64,000 nucleotides of DNA from Octopus sinensis (taxonomy: Eukaryota): NCBI RefSeq assembly GCF_006345805.1, contig NC_042997.1:87048001-87112000 (forward strand), in the 5' to 3' direction. Made by a program: the position numbers and the translations under genes. The notes below the pieces were generated by a model that saw only the letters and a program-made list of their open reading frames with translations, did no database searches and had not been told where the DNA came from. Below, one piece after another: positions 38,420 through 51,790 of this stretch. Every line of letters starts with the position of its first letter. Position 1 is the first letter of the stretch.

Positions 38420-39362
38420 GTCAGTTTGTGCCGAGATGATCCCCTTCAGTGAAATTCTACAGAAGACAAAGTTGGAGTATGATCTGGGAAGAGGTAAGGA
38501 AAAACTGAACTACTTGCTATTCATGAACGACATGAAGTTGTTCACAAAAATGAGGCAGAACTAGTCCAATCTGTGCAGACTTTTCGAATGATATCGAGAT
38601 GGAGTTTCGACTCTCAAAATGGGCTACGATGGTGATGAGATGAGGAAAGCTTGTCAGGACAGAAGGCACATGTATGCCAAGTGGTGAAATGATGAAAGCA
38701 ATTGAACCTGAATCCGATTATAAATACCTGGGAATATTTGAGGCAGATGGAATTAAACAACGATATGAAAGAAATGACAAAGAAAGAGTACCTGCGTCGA
38801 GTGAGAAAAATATTGGCTTCAAAGCGGAATACCAGGAACATAATTTCAGCAATAAACTCGCGCGCAGTCGCAGTAATTTTGTATGGCGCTGGAATCCTGA
38901 AGTGGACAGAGGAGGCGCTAAAGGAGTTGGATAGGAAGACAAGAAAACTTCTAATGATGCATGGAGCTCATCATCCACGTGCAGACACTGATCGCCTATA
39001 CATAAAGAGAGCAAATGGAGCTAGGGGATTGATAAGTGTGGAAGACTGCGTACGTATTGAACTTGGGAGCTTAATGATATACCTAACTCAAAGTAATGAA
39101 ACTTTGCTAGTGTCAGTTATGAATGAGGGAGTACTGAAAAACAAAGGAAGAAGTGCAAAAAGGACATGAAGAAGCATTACACAACAAGGAACTACACAAT
39201 CAATTCCATGCAGCCACAATTGAAGTTGCTGGAAAACATAGGTGGGATTGGCTGAAGAAAAGAGCACTGAAAAAAGAGACAGAGAGCACTATACTGACAG
39301 CACAAAACCAAACTTTGGCCACGAATTGGAGAGTCAATCTGAGGAATGAGCAAGTGTCTCCG
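38420..39362 (+). pseudogene. R4/Dong RT/thumb fragment B
   Basis: MIPFSEIL...LLFMNDMKLF...YKYLGI...KEYLRRVRKILASK...AINSRAVAVILYGAG...HHPRADTDRLYIKRANGARGLISVEDC...DWLKKRALKKETESTILTAQNQTL. Confidence 0.88.
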
Positions 39363-39905
39363 CAAGTATGCCACAGCCAAACAGTCCCACTGGACACTCT
39401 ATTCCAATTTCTTTTATATTCCTGTTGATGCCTTCTGATACTGTCCCCAAGGACCCAACAATAATTGGCACTATCTTCACCTTCGTGATTTTCCATTGCC
39501 GGGCTATTTCGTACTTAAGAGGATTGTATTTATCTATTTTTGCCTTCTTCTTTGACTATTCGTGGGTCAAGGGGAAACGTAACATCAACTGTATAGGATG
39601 TGGTGCATCATGTCGACCACCACTAGGTCCGGTCTGCTATGCTAATACCTGATCTGTTTAGATTGGGAAATCCCAGAGGATTTTGCAAGTTTCCGACTCT
39701 GTTACTCACTGCGATTTCTGCTCATACCACGTCTTGCCTCCACTTTTCGCACAGTTTCCAATATAGCAGTTTCGCTACCTCATCGTGTCACGACAACTTG
39801 TAATGGTTTTGGGCAAGTTTAGGGCATTCGTTCGTGATATAGGCAATGGTTTCGTCCACTCTATTATAGATGCGACATAGCGGAGACACTTGCCCGTTCC
39901 TGAAG
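39363..39905 (-). pseudogene. R4/Dong CCHC-REL fragment C (inverted)
   Basis: QVSPLCRIYNRVDETIAYITNECPKLAQ..RHDEVAKLLYWKLC...ILWDFPI...RPDLVVVD...KYNPLKYEIARQW...VPIIVGSLG. Confidence 0.85.
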
Positions 39906-40059
39906 TTGTCGTCGTTGTTGTTGTTGTTGTCATACTGTTATTATCATTTCAAATCCTTCCAAAGTCAACTTTCCATTTTATGCCTCAAGATTTCTGGTCT
40001 TGTTCCTAAATCTGAAACCATTATTATTATTATAATTATCATAAAAGAAATTATTAAAT

Positions 40060-40262
40060 GTAATGGCGGAATCGTTAGCTCACCGGACAAAATGCTTAGC
40101 GGCATTTCATGTGGCTTTGCGTTCAAATGCCACCGAGGTTGACTTTGCCTTTCATCCTTTCCGGGTCAATAAGATAAATAGCAGTTTAGCACCGATATCG
40201 ATGTACTCGACAGAACCCTCCCAATCCCACAAAATTTCAGGCCTTGTGTCTATAGTAGAAAT
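40060..40262 (+). mobile_element. SINE family B copy
   Basis: Family consensus. Confidence 0.8.
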
Positions 40263-40545
40263 GATCATTATTTTTATTATTATTGTTGCTACTGCTATTT
40301 CGTGGAAGTTTACGCACACGCGCGCACAAATAAACATACAATCAAACCGTCAGAGAAAGTGGGAGAGTGTATGAATGAATGTGCAATACTGTGATTAAAA
40401 GAACGATATATATGTAGACAAGATGACAGGGGTTGCAGAAAAGAAGAGAGAGAGAAAGAAAGAAAGAGAGAGAGAGAGAAGGTAGAAAAAGAAAGGTTGT
40501 GGAAATATCCTACCAGAATGTATGAGTGCTTATTTGTTGAGATTA

Positions 40546-40615
<70 letters not shown>

Positions 40616-40959
40616 TGAGAGAGAGAGGGAGAGAGAGAGAGAAAGACCCCGTTCCCTATTCAAGCGACGTTGGATAGCATATTTGTTGAAATGTCGAAGC
40701 ACTCAAGATGCTCTCATCACTTGTACGGGAATGCAAGAGAAGATGAAAGAATGATTGAGGAGATGGTAAGGTAAATTAAACATCCTATACAGTCAATAAT
40801 TGTGGTTACTAACCAACGAAAGATCCTCTTAAAATACTAGAAATAGCAACTAAAGCTTTCTTCGAATCACACTCAAGGAAGGACAAGATATATTATGCTT
40901 GTCTAAAAGACGTGATGAAACGCTTTAAGTTTTTTTTTCCTGTTTTTCAGCTACTATTT

Positions 40960-41459
40960 TCGGAAAGACTGTTTTGCCCCCCTCCCCCTCCCCTTCAATT
41001 TCTTCATTTTTACTTTTTTTCGTAACTCTAACCCTAAAATCCCAATCCTAACCCTAACTCCTAACCCTAAAACCTTAACCCTAACCTTAACCCTAAAACT
41101 GCAACCCTAACCCTAACTCTAAAACCCTAACCCTAACTCGAAAACCCTAAAGCTAAAATCAGTACAAACGCACGAAGGATGTCATAGATAACAGTGACAA
41201 ACGAAATATAAACCACCGATAGTTGTTGTTGACAAACAACGGCAGTAATTTTATTCAGCTGAATACACGTCATTAATTGGTTGAAATTACCGAAATACGA
41301 CTACTTTAATACGAAATAATTTTGAAAATATAGATTTTTCTCGACAATACTAAGAGTAAAAGATGTTTTTTATGACACATCCTACCAGTGTCCGAAGTTT
41401 GAAAGTGTTTAGTTACAAAAAATTAATTTCTCGATCTGCCATTCAAAGGGAAAAGATCC
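40960..41459. mobile_element. Probable non-autonomous DNA transposon end containing telomere-like (CCCTAA)n
   Basis: Degenerate ccctaa array at 41025-41158; ends in a TIR-like ctgccattcaaagggaaaagatcc; partner TIR not found. Confidence 0.4.
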
Positions 41460-42461
41460 ATAATATTCAGTAATATACTTGGTTATTATACATACTATCA
41501 TATTGAGTGAAACATTTAAGTACTCGACAAATGGAAATAGTAAAAAGGAGCTAATTTTGATACTTCCTTGTTAACCTTACTTTTCGTTTTTGTCGTTAAA
41601 ACTCAAGAAAAAAGACTGAACTTAATATATTCTCAATTCACTTTCTCTTGTACATCAGAGGCCTTGTTGCAGTTTAAGAAATCCCACTATATTTATTGAA
41701 GTGAATTTCCAATCAACAAAACTGAAAAAAAAATTTTTCTTAAAGATGGTAGAACGAAAATTTATTGTATTCTTTATTAGATTCGTCGTGGGAGTATTAC
41801 TGGAAAATATTACATCAGTCACATATCGCGATAGCTAGTCAGTAGTTAGGTTACATCGCGTTGATTTGAGAGTCATAATGAAGTGTTTGATAGATAGTAA
41901 CTTGAACCAGAATCCTGCAAAAAAGTCAACAAGTGAATAATTAGTGTAAAATATCATGGCATAGCAGAAAAAATATTCCAGGGTATTTTGTTAACCTTTA
42001 ATACAACTGCGAATCAATAAAAGATCATAATGAAGGAAGAATGAATAATGTGAAATAGTAAAAATGATGTGTGAGAGTTTATACACGGAGAGAAGAGTAA
42101 CAGCTATCAAGGAATTTCTAATAGGGAATGTCATACAAGAAATATCCAAGATTAGACTGGTTGAATATCTTATAATATAGGCACACACACATATATATTA
42201 TTATTATAAAAACCAAGAGAGAAGATGGAGATAAGGTTAATAAAAATGTTGGCTTATAATAATTAACCAAATTGATTTGAATTAAATTTGATTGATTTTA
42301 TACTATAAGCGATTAATTGAAATAATTGTAGGTCTTGTCAATGTATTAATAAATTTTGACTAATCATATTTCCCTCTTTTCTCTTGGTTTATACACACAC
42401 ACACACACACACACAACACACACACACACACACGCACACACACACACACACCACACACACA

Positions 42462-42541
<80 letters not shown>

Positions 42542-43689
42542 ATATATATTATATATATAATGTATATGTATGTGTGTTATAAAAGTCTATATATTCGAAA
42601 AGAAAAGAAGGCATACATGTTTCTATTGACAATATACAAGGTTAGTTATAAAAATCAAGTAAAATGGTTCATATTGGGACAAGATATAAGTGCTGCAGGC
42701 AATATTTATTCAAGAATTTACAAACACAATCTCAGTAAAAGTTTATTTACAATGCATTCTTTTTGAACACAGAGTAACATACTCGGTCTCCTTTTTACAT
42801 CGTAATTCAAAACGACTATTCCAAACAAAAAGTCAATCCTAACAATGAAACAGCAAACTGTTAAACAAGGTATCTTGCTTTTTGTTTTTGCTGGGTTTTT
42901 TTTGTTTTGGTTTTTTTCAAATAGCGATGATTGCATTTACATTTAGCAGACAATGATTATCCAGAAAGCCTGTTTCATTCCGGTTTGTAATTCGATTAAA
43001 CATCGTGATACGAACATGGCGTGGACAAGTATTGTACAGCCCCTTTTTCTATGCTCTGTCGCATTTAGTTATATTTGAGAATAGCCGTAGCTGTCTGCTT
43101 TGCCTGGAAGCAATGATCTCTATACCTCAGCCGGCGTCTTTATTAAGCTGTTAAGCTCAATCTTTTTCTCTTCTTTTTTTCCTTACCGGATGTAAATTAA
43201 CTTCTGTGTGAGAGCAACAGCTAACGAAAACCGAGAGATAGATCTTAGTGAAGTGAGGAAAAACGCCGTGGAGGAAGTATCATTAGTAAGAATAAAGGAA
43301 AAACAAAAGCAAATAGAAAAGAAATTATAAATGGATAAAGTGAAAGACAATACTGTTAAAGTTAAGGAAATCTGATAGGGGTTCAGGAAGACATGGAATC
43401 AATGTGTTGGACATGGAAGTTGTCAGAATAAACTACGGTGTATTTGAACAAATGTTGCGTGTGCCTTGGAGCAAGAGCTAAGTTTCCAGAAACTACAACC
43501 TATGATTTAGTTTCAATTCTCGGTTAAAGTTAATCCGGTTCATTTAAGCTTTTAATTTATTTTTGAAAAGGCATTAAGACTACGCCATCTCATCTCCTTT
43601 TAAATTTGTTGTTACATGCTCAAGTAAGAAAAGAGATCTAGATTTTTAAGTGAATGAATACCTTCTGTTTCATGATAATATGTAAATAT

Positions 43690-43905
43690 TGATTTCAAAT
43701 TTTGGCACAAGGCCAGCAAGCTCGAGGGAAGGGGGTAAATCTATTACATCGACCCCAGTGGTCAACAGGTACTTATTTTATCGACCCTGAGAGGATGAAA
43801 GACAAAGTCGACCACGGCCGAATTTGAACGCAGAACATAATGACGACCGAAATGCTGCTAAGCATTTTGCCCGGTGTGCTAACGATTCTGCCAGCTCGCC
43901 ACCTT
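43690..43905 (-). mobile_element. SINE family B copy
   Basis: Family consensus on the minus strand. Confidence 0.85.
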
Positions 43906-44099
43906 ATAATATGTAAATATTAATACAGGCACAATATCGATTTTTCGAACCCTTTGGTTCCAAAGCTGTTCTGGATTGCTGAGTATTCTCGAACGAGAGG
44001 TGGCCACACTCCAGATTAAACATATTAAATTTATGTAAATAAGGATATGAAATACAAGTTCCTGTATATTAGTATTAATACACGAGCTTATTAATATTA

Positions 44100-44493
44100 T
44101 TTTCTACTCTAGGCACAAGGCCCCAAATTTTTGAGGTGAGGGCAGTCGATTAGATCAACCTTAGTACGCAACTGGTACTTAATCTATGAACCCCGAAAGG
44201 ATGAAAGGCAAAGTCGACCTCGGCGGAATTTGTCCTCAGAACGTAGCGGCAAACGAAATACCTATTTCTTTACTACTCACAAGGGGATACACACAGAGAG
44301 GACAAACAAGGACAGTCAGACGAATTAAGTAGATTATATCGACCCCAGTGCGTAACTAGTATTTATTTAATCGACCCCGAAAGGATGAAATGCAAAGTCG
44401 ACCTCGGCGGAATTTGAACTCAGAACGTAGCGGCAGACGAAATACGGCTACGCATTTTGCCCGGTGTGCTAACGTTTCTGCCAGCTCGTCGCC
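44100..44493 (-). mobile_element. SINE family B dimer
   Basis: Two cores joined by the conserved linker (reverse complement). Confidence 0.88.
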
Positions 44494-45481
44494 TTGAGAT
44501 TATTAATATTATACTGTGTAAGGTACTAGTCTGTGTAGGGTAGCAGTAAAATAGTCTGGCGGTTGCAGGAATTTGAAGTTCCTGCTCGTAAATTAGTACA
44601 TACTATGGAAGGCTATGGACCATCAGTGTCTGGAACCTCTTATAAGGACTAATTAGAATGAAGTCAAGTCTTAAAAGATTAAACAATTGCATGATCACAA
44701 TATTTATATTGATTTCTAACTACTCTAACACAATAGTTTCTACAGAACCATGGCTTGTTACACTAATTATTCTCTTGCTGATTTTTTGTTCTTGCTCTAG
44801 CAATTTTATAAATTGGAAAGCAAAAGTCTCACTAAGCATTTAATAGTGACGTAAACAAACAAACAATTAAACACGATGCTGTTTGCATTTCACTTCATTT
44901 AATAACCCTGGGGAATAAATTTTGAAAGAGTGTAATTATAAGTTAATGATTTAAAAAAAAAAAAGGTTTCTTAGTAAATTCTAGGGTTGTTATTGTTTGT
45001 GGAGCCGCGTGGATTAGTGTTGAACTCACGATCATAAGATTGTGGTTTCGATTTCCAGGACCGTGCGACGCATTGTTTTCTTGAGCAAAACACTTCATTT
45101 CCCATTGGTCTAGTTCACTCAGCTGGCAAAAACGAGTAATCTTGCGTCCAGGTATCGACGATCCCTCGTTGCATTGTAAATATTCGGGTTTTGAGACAAG
45201 AATAATTAAGGAAGATTTGACTATCATTCCAAAGTAGATAACTTGATGTAATGTTGATTTCGTTCCGCATCACATGTTGGTGATGTTGTTGTTTAGTCTC
45301 GGGTCAAATCCAAGAGAGCAGACGCATGGTCAAGGATATTCCTGTCAGCTTGTCTTTAATTCACATATCATAACTTTAACTACATTATTATATCGGTTCT
45401 TCTTGTCATTTTTAAAAAGGTAGGCTATGACTTGAAAGCAATTTTACTGCTATTTCTAACATTACGAGAGACCAGGTAGAG

Positions 45482-45798
45482 CAGTGGTTCTCAACCATTG
45501 TTTATTATGGACCCCTTTGATTACTATTTTATTCTGGTGGACTTCCACGGCAGTTCAATGTTTAAGCTCTAGTTTTATAGAATTTCTGTTTTGCTTTTCA
45601 CTTGGATAGGTTGAACTTTGTAAAGTGTTAGAGAAAGAAATCTAGCTGTTTCTTGGCATAAATACATTTAAAGCAAAATTTTTTCATGGATTCTTAATAT
45701 ACGACTGTGGGTCTCCATGTACTGTTTTGCTTGCATGGACCGTCAAAAATCTTATATGGATCCTCAGAGGTCATATGGACCCCGGTTGAGAGCCACTG
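45482..45798. mobile_element. hAT (Charlie-like) MITE
   Basis: 15-bp TIRs CAGTGGTTCTCAACC / GGTTGAGAGCCACTG with 1 mismatch; 8-bp TSD not preserved. Confidence 0.7.
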
Positions 45799-46015
45799 AG
45801 ACACAAGCTGCTTCATTCACACCACACCAGATGTAACGCGATTTTAAGCGTTATGAATATTTTAACTTTAGGATGCAAATGATTGTCACAGCTTCACTAC
45901 ATTTCTCTAACTATATATGATGTATGTATGTGTGTGTGTGAGTGTGTGCGTACATACTCATGCACAAGAATACATACGTAAACACATACTTACAAGTACC
46001 AGACACACGTGTGCG

Positions 46016-46047
<32 letters not shown>

Positions 46048-46640
46048 CACATACACACACACACACACACGTATATACATATATACACGCGAGTGTGTGC
46101 GTGTGCGTCCAAAGATACATACGCGTATCATACACCCACACACGATACATATATAGAGAACAGAATTAGATATCGACAGGAAATAATAAGAAAAGAAAAG
46201 AAGAAAAAATATACGTTAATTACCAAGGAACGAAATAGTCGTAGAAAGTTCATTTTCCAACCGAAATGCCTAATTAACACCAGACCAACATATGTATTTC
46301 CGTCTGCCGTAACAACAGATACAAAAACAAAATGGCGGAATTCACAAAATATAAACAAAAAGTAAAAGTAATCTGAAAATAGAGGAGTAGATGTTTACAA
46401 GATAACAAACAAGTAATACAATTAGATAAATAAGGCAAACATATATTGATAGATCGTCTGCCAGGTGTGAAAGTGTAGTGTTATGGTGTCTCCTTTCAAC
46501 AAAGTCAAAGAAGCTCCTTAAAGATCAGCTATTTTTGTAAAGCACCTCCCATGTACATAACATGTCGAAACCAAGTTCGCATAACACGAGAGCAATTCAC
46601 ACACACGCACTCAACACTCACACACACAAACACACACACA

Positions 46641-46693
<53 letters not shown>

Positions 46694-46932
46694 CGTACAT
46701 GGTGGCGCATACGTATAAATTCTAAGCAAAGACGCAAGCCCATCAACATTTGCGCAAAAGTACGGTAACACAAACTCATATTCACGTAAGTATACATTTT
46801 CCGCATATACATAAATACCGCATATACATAAATAAAAAGTAGTTAAAAGGCACATGTCGATGTACATACGAACACGCATTATATACACATGCATATTTGT
46901 GTGTGTGTGTTTGTGTATGTATGTATATACTT

Positions 46933-46971
<39 letters not shown>

Positions 46972-47811
46972 GTGTGTGTGTATTGTTTATAAATATGTAT
47001 GCATATATATATGTATATGTGGGGTGGGGTGTATACACACACACACACACATAGTCATGTACAAGTATATCATTGCTTCATCTTTTAATTCATTATTGTA
47101 AAGTTAATGTTCACTGGAACAGCAAGTTTCGCGTGACGGCTCATTCACCCTGACAGGTTGAATAAGCCGTGAAGCGAAACTTGAAAATCCAGTCAACACG
47201 AAATTTACAATGAATGTGTCTTTGCACTTACTGAGTCGCTCTTCCAATAAATATTCCGTTCTTACTTTTACTTTAGTTTTAAAATAATAATCTTAATTTA
47301 ATATTTTCTGTTCATTTATCTGCGTGTATATATGTATACAGACACACACACACATACGTAAAGCTCATGTATAAATAAGCAATAGACCCAACGCTTCTTT
47401 TGCTTCTTCCCACGTGAATGATTGATATTAACCATTCAAATCATGAGCTAAGATGTTCGACTGCCTGTGAATTATTCAGGATACCATCGCTCTAATCTAT
47501 ACATATATAAACAGCAGTCTGTTTGGATGTCTGTTTGCTTGTGTTAAGTTGCCATCTATACCTGTTAACGATTCTTCGCGAAACTTTTTATACATGCTAT
47601 ACAAATATCCAGTTTGTTACTAGGCTCACTGCAGTTTAATAAAAGTCTATAATCCCAAGAAGGGATCTAGATATAATCCATCTATTTTCCTTTAATAGCC
47701 AAGGGTAAATAACCCATTCATTTTTCTTTATTTTTCTTTTTTGCACACTGGCCATTTCTCCCTCCATTTATTAGAGAAGCAATATCATTAGAGTGACCGC
47801 TTGCCAGTGAT

Positions 47812-49203
47812 TACGTTGTATAAATACGTGTGCGGCAAAAATAAAAATAGACTTTAGGGGTGCGTAAATTATATGAATAGATAGTTTCCAGAATTTTTTT
47901 AGAACTTTTATTTGTTGAAAAGGACGTACAAAACGTAAATATTCGTACCGGAAGTTGACTATGCTGGATGGTATAATGCTTAATTTTTCCGTATAAATTT
48001 ACTAAAACCATTAAATGCTTAACTACTTTTTGAAGTCTGACGTTCATGGTTAACTACTATTTGAAGTCTGACGGGTCCGGGTCATATTTTACATTGCTTG
48101 CAGTTTCTATCTATTGCAATGGAGCACCATTAACATACATAGTGATATGGATATTCCTCACTGAAAAAAAATCTAATCATTTGGATAATCCTGATTGTAT
48201 GATTTTATTTTTGTCTGTTTATTAACAACCACAACTTTAAATTTGTCGTACTGTTTACGCCAATTTCGAGCATTCCGGTAGCTTTATTGTCATGTTCAAA
48301 TGCATATTCAACATATTCAGTTTCTTCTTTGCAGTAAATGATTAATAAGTTCTGCCCATACTAACAATAACGGTAATGACGAATTTTTAAGTTTGTTTGA
48401 CATTTTAGAAATGTGAAAGGGATTAAAATTTCGATACTCCGTATCAAAGGTTCCCACAAGAATAGGCGGAAAATCAGAACTTGAGACAAGAAGACGCTTT
48501 CGACAAATCAGAATTCTGTTTACATAATCAGTTTGATCGGTTACCTTCCTCTGTTGATTGAGTAAAGCGTTATCCAAGTTTATGTTTATTGGTAATAAAA
48601 TTTGATTTGCAAAACCTCTGCGTATTTATCAGCTTTGTTTTTGTTGATAATTTTTATCAACAACTTTTCCTGCGATTGTGATTTGAGAAAACATACAGCA
48701 GTACGCTAAAGATCGGAGATAATCTTTAGGGGTGCGTAAATTACATGAGTAGATCGTTTCCAGAATTTTTTTAGAACTTTTATTTGTTGAAAAAGGACGT
48801 ACAAAACGTAAACATTCGTACCGGAAGTTGACTCATTTAAATAACGGCTTAAACATAAAATTGACTTTTATTTATGCTGGATGGTATAATGCTTACTTGT
48901 AATTTGTGCACCTGTTTAATAAAGTTTATTATAAACAACATAAACACTTTGTAATTTAATAGCTTTCAATGTGAAACATGTTAAATTATTTTTATCTAAT
49001 GAATATTTAATAAAATGTACTCATAAGTGAGATTATGCTAAATACAACTAAATTGAAATCTTTTTTCCATGGCCATATCGGCAATTCTGAAAACTTTTGG
49101 GTGCGAATTTTACAAGAGAAGAAGCATTTTTTTAACAAATTTTATCCTGAAAATCACCTGCGTAAATTAAACAGGTGCACAAATTACATGGCTTTATACA
49201 GTA
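47812..49203 (-). mobile_element. pogo-like non-autonomous element with Brinker-type DNA-binding N-terminus remnant
   Basis: 48359-48204 reads MGRTY*SFTAKKKL/EYVEYAFEHDNKATG..IGVNSTT...LW; end ggtgcacaaattacatggctttatacag-TA; internal duplication of about 110 bp (47845-47958 / 48726-48832). Confidence 0.5.
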
Positions 49204-49989
49204 TTTGAACTATTAGGGTTATTTTTGCACTTTACCCAGAACAATCCTTAAACAAGTAAATAGTGTTTTCCCTAACAACAGATCCACTTATTTCGGTTAG
49301 TGACTTATTCACCAATATACCATGAATGACGATGCCTTTCATATCAATTCAACCAAATTACAGGCGCTGCATGAAGAATTTTTCAGACTTACTTTGAATT
49401 GTTATTATCTCATTTTGATAAACATACCTTATTGGTATTTCCTCCTAAGTTCTATATACTCTGGGAACGCATTAAAGTCCTTTTCAAGGCTACTTTGTTT
49501 GAATTGTTACTATCAGGTAACTACACGTCATTTTATTACGTAACTGGCTTCACGATTTTGGTATTCAGCTTATTGGGATTTCCTAAAAACAAGATCCTAT
49601 GTAAGACAGTTCGGTATTCTCTGTAAATGCACAAAAACCGTTTTAAGGGCTACATACTTTGTATTGTTGCTATTGAATTAGCGAAACAATTATGAGAATG
49701 GAACCAAGGGATGAGCCCCGCTTTTCCGGGAATTACATGGTACCTCAGCTAGTTAAAAGACATACACGCTCTACAGCATTACTTATCATAATAAAAGTTT
49801 TAAGAAGAAGCTGAAATATGCTCATGCAAAGCTAATTGATGAATAAATAAAATTAATTTTAAAATAAGTCTTATTTTGTATATTTAAAAAAATTAGTAGT
49901 AAAATCTGCGTCTTTTTTTTGTTGCTTGTTTTTAGTATTCTTTTTGTAATGGATTGGACTTGATGAATGACCTGAACCTAGGACCTGTG

Positions 49990-50270
49990 TGCTCCTTTGA
50001 GACCGAAAATATTCGTCCTTGAGTAATTGTAAGTTGCCAGTTTTAATGAAAATATGGGCAGGGAAGAAATTCCAATGTGTTGGGACTCAAGCTAAGAAGG
50101 TCTAGGTGTAGCGGTTAGAGTAGAACCTAAAGTGAACCCAACATGAGTGATGAGAAGAGAAAAAGTGAGTTGAGTTTGAGATGAGATTAGATGAGAAGAT
50201 CATCCAGCACCGGTTGGAGCTAAGACCACTGTAATAATAGCTGAAGAGGCAGTGAGGTTACCAAACATTT
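49990..50270 (-). pseudogene. CR1/L2-type LINE 3' fragment, very degenerate
   Basis: Broken frames resemble SLFYRYY..SSEL...SHSLSL..FYSN..HWNFFPAHIF...NLQLLK. Confidence 0.4.
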
Positions 50271-51059
50271 GTGAGCTAGAGGGTAGAGTGTACTGGTGAG
50301 TGAAGATTTAATTGTTACCCTTAATTTTTCGTTCCCAGTAAAATGAGACGAAATAGAAGAAAAAATAAAATGAAGTGAAAACGAAACGAGTAGAATATGG
50401 ATACTTATGAAAAGTTAGTTCGGCACTTTAGCCGTTGGGCAATTTTGCCACCGCGTCGGAAGCTAGATTATAAACAGAAAATTACACGCAGAGTCAAATG
50501 GAAACTTATCAGCACAGAGGATATATGTAAGCAAAAAACAAAATAAAACATCTTTATTTTTTTTATCATTTTTTTTATCTCTCATTTATTAGGTTCAGTT
50601 CAGTGGTGTGCAAATTATTTCTATTTTCTTCTTTCTCTCCTCACACATATCATCACCGCTTACTCACAGCCAAAAAATATACATCATATGATTCTCAGCG
50701 AGAGCACTTCGTGTAATCGAGGTGCAATGTGTGTTAAGTAAAACAAACAAAACTCGCAAACCGAAACGTAAGTTGGCACGGTTTCGTTGTTTAGAATACT
50801 TGCTAATTTTTTTCTAATCCTTTACTAATGACTGCAAGTGTAAGAATTTCGGCTGGTCTAGACTTGTTGAACGTCGAGATTGTTTAATATGTATGATATT
50901 TCATTTACAAAAGTCTGCGGTTAGAAATGAGGGAAATACATTTTTTTCTCATTCATTCATTCATTCAATTCTCCTCATGTTTCTTTATTTATTTATTTTT
51001 CTCCTCCTTCACTTCCTTCCTTCTTTTCTTGGCTTCTTCCCATAATTTCTTTATTCGTT

Positions 51060-51349
51060 AATTGCATCTTTATTATTTCCTTCCACCTTTCTTTTTCTTA
51101 CTTATTTCGTCTCCTCCCCCTTCTTCTCCTAGCTTCTTCCTTCATCTAGTCTTTTTGCTTTTCTTCTTTTATTCCTTCCGTTTACTCATTATTTTTTCGT
51201 CTCCATTGTTTTCTATCTCGCTTCTTTTCTTACTCAGTCATTCCTTTTCCGTTTCATTTTCCTTTGTATACTTTCATTTTTTCCTTCCTTCTTCTCCTCA
51301 AGACCCCTTTGTTTCTTTCATCTATTTATTCATTTATCCATCCTTCCTC

Positions 51350-51386
<37 letters not shown>

Positions 51387-51790
51387 AATCTTCGACCATA
51401 CTGCAGTCCATTCTTAATTCCCTTCATTTTCTTCGTCTTTCTTTTTTATTCCTACCTTTTTCTTCTGTTCTTCCTAACTACCCTTTTCCTATCCCTCATT
51501 CTTGTTTCTTCCGTCCTCCTCTTTCATTTTCATTCCTTCTTTCCTATCCAATCACTTTCTTCTTTCTTCCCTTCTCCTCTCTCATTTTCATTCATTCTTT
51601 CTCCCTTTCTTTCCTCCAAATCTTTTCCTCATCTTTTGCTTCCGTCTTTTCTAAAACTCTCTCCTCTTTCCTTTATTCTTTTATTTTTTCCTTTATTTTT
51701 AAATCCCTTTCCCTCCATAACTTCTTCCTTTTTTCCTCCTATCCATCCGTCCATTTATCCATCCATCTCTAACTCAATTATTTCCCTCTA
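51060..51790. repeat. Pyrimidine-rich (CT) low-complexity tract
   Basis: Composition; explains the spurious 236-aa and 182-aa F/L/S-rich ORFs. Confidence 0.85.

Noticed and set aside
43220-43300. Possible 65-nt exon (NENREIDLSEVRKNAVEEVSL, donor gtaaga)
   Set aside because: Short, no recognisable homology, no compatible neighbouring exon.
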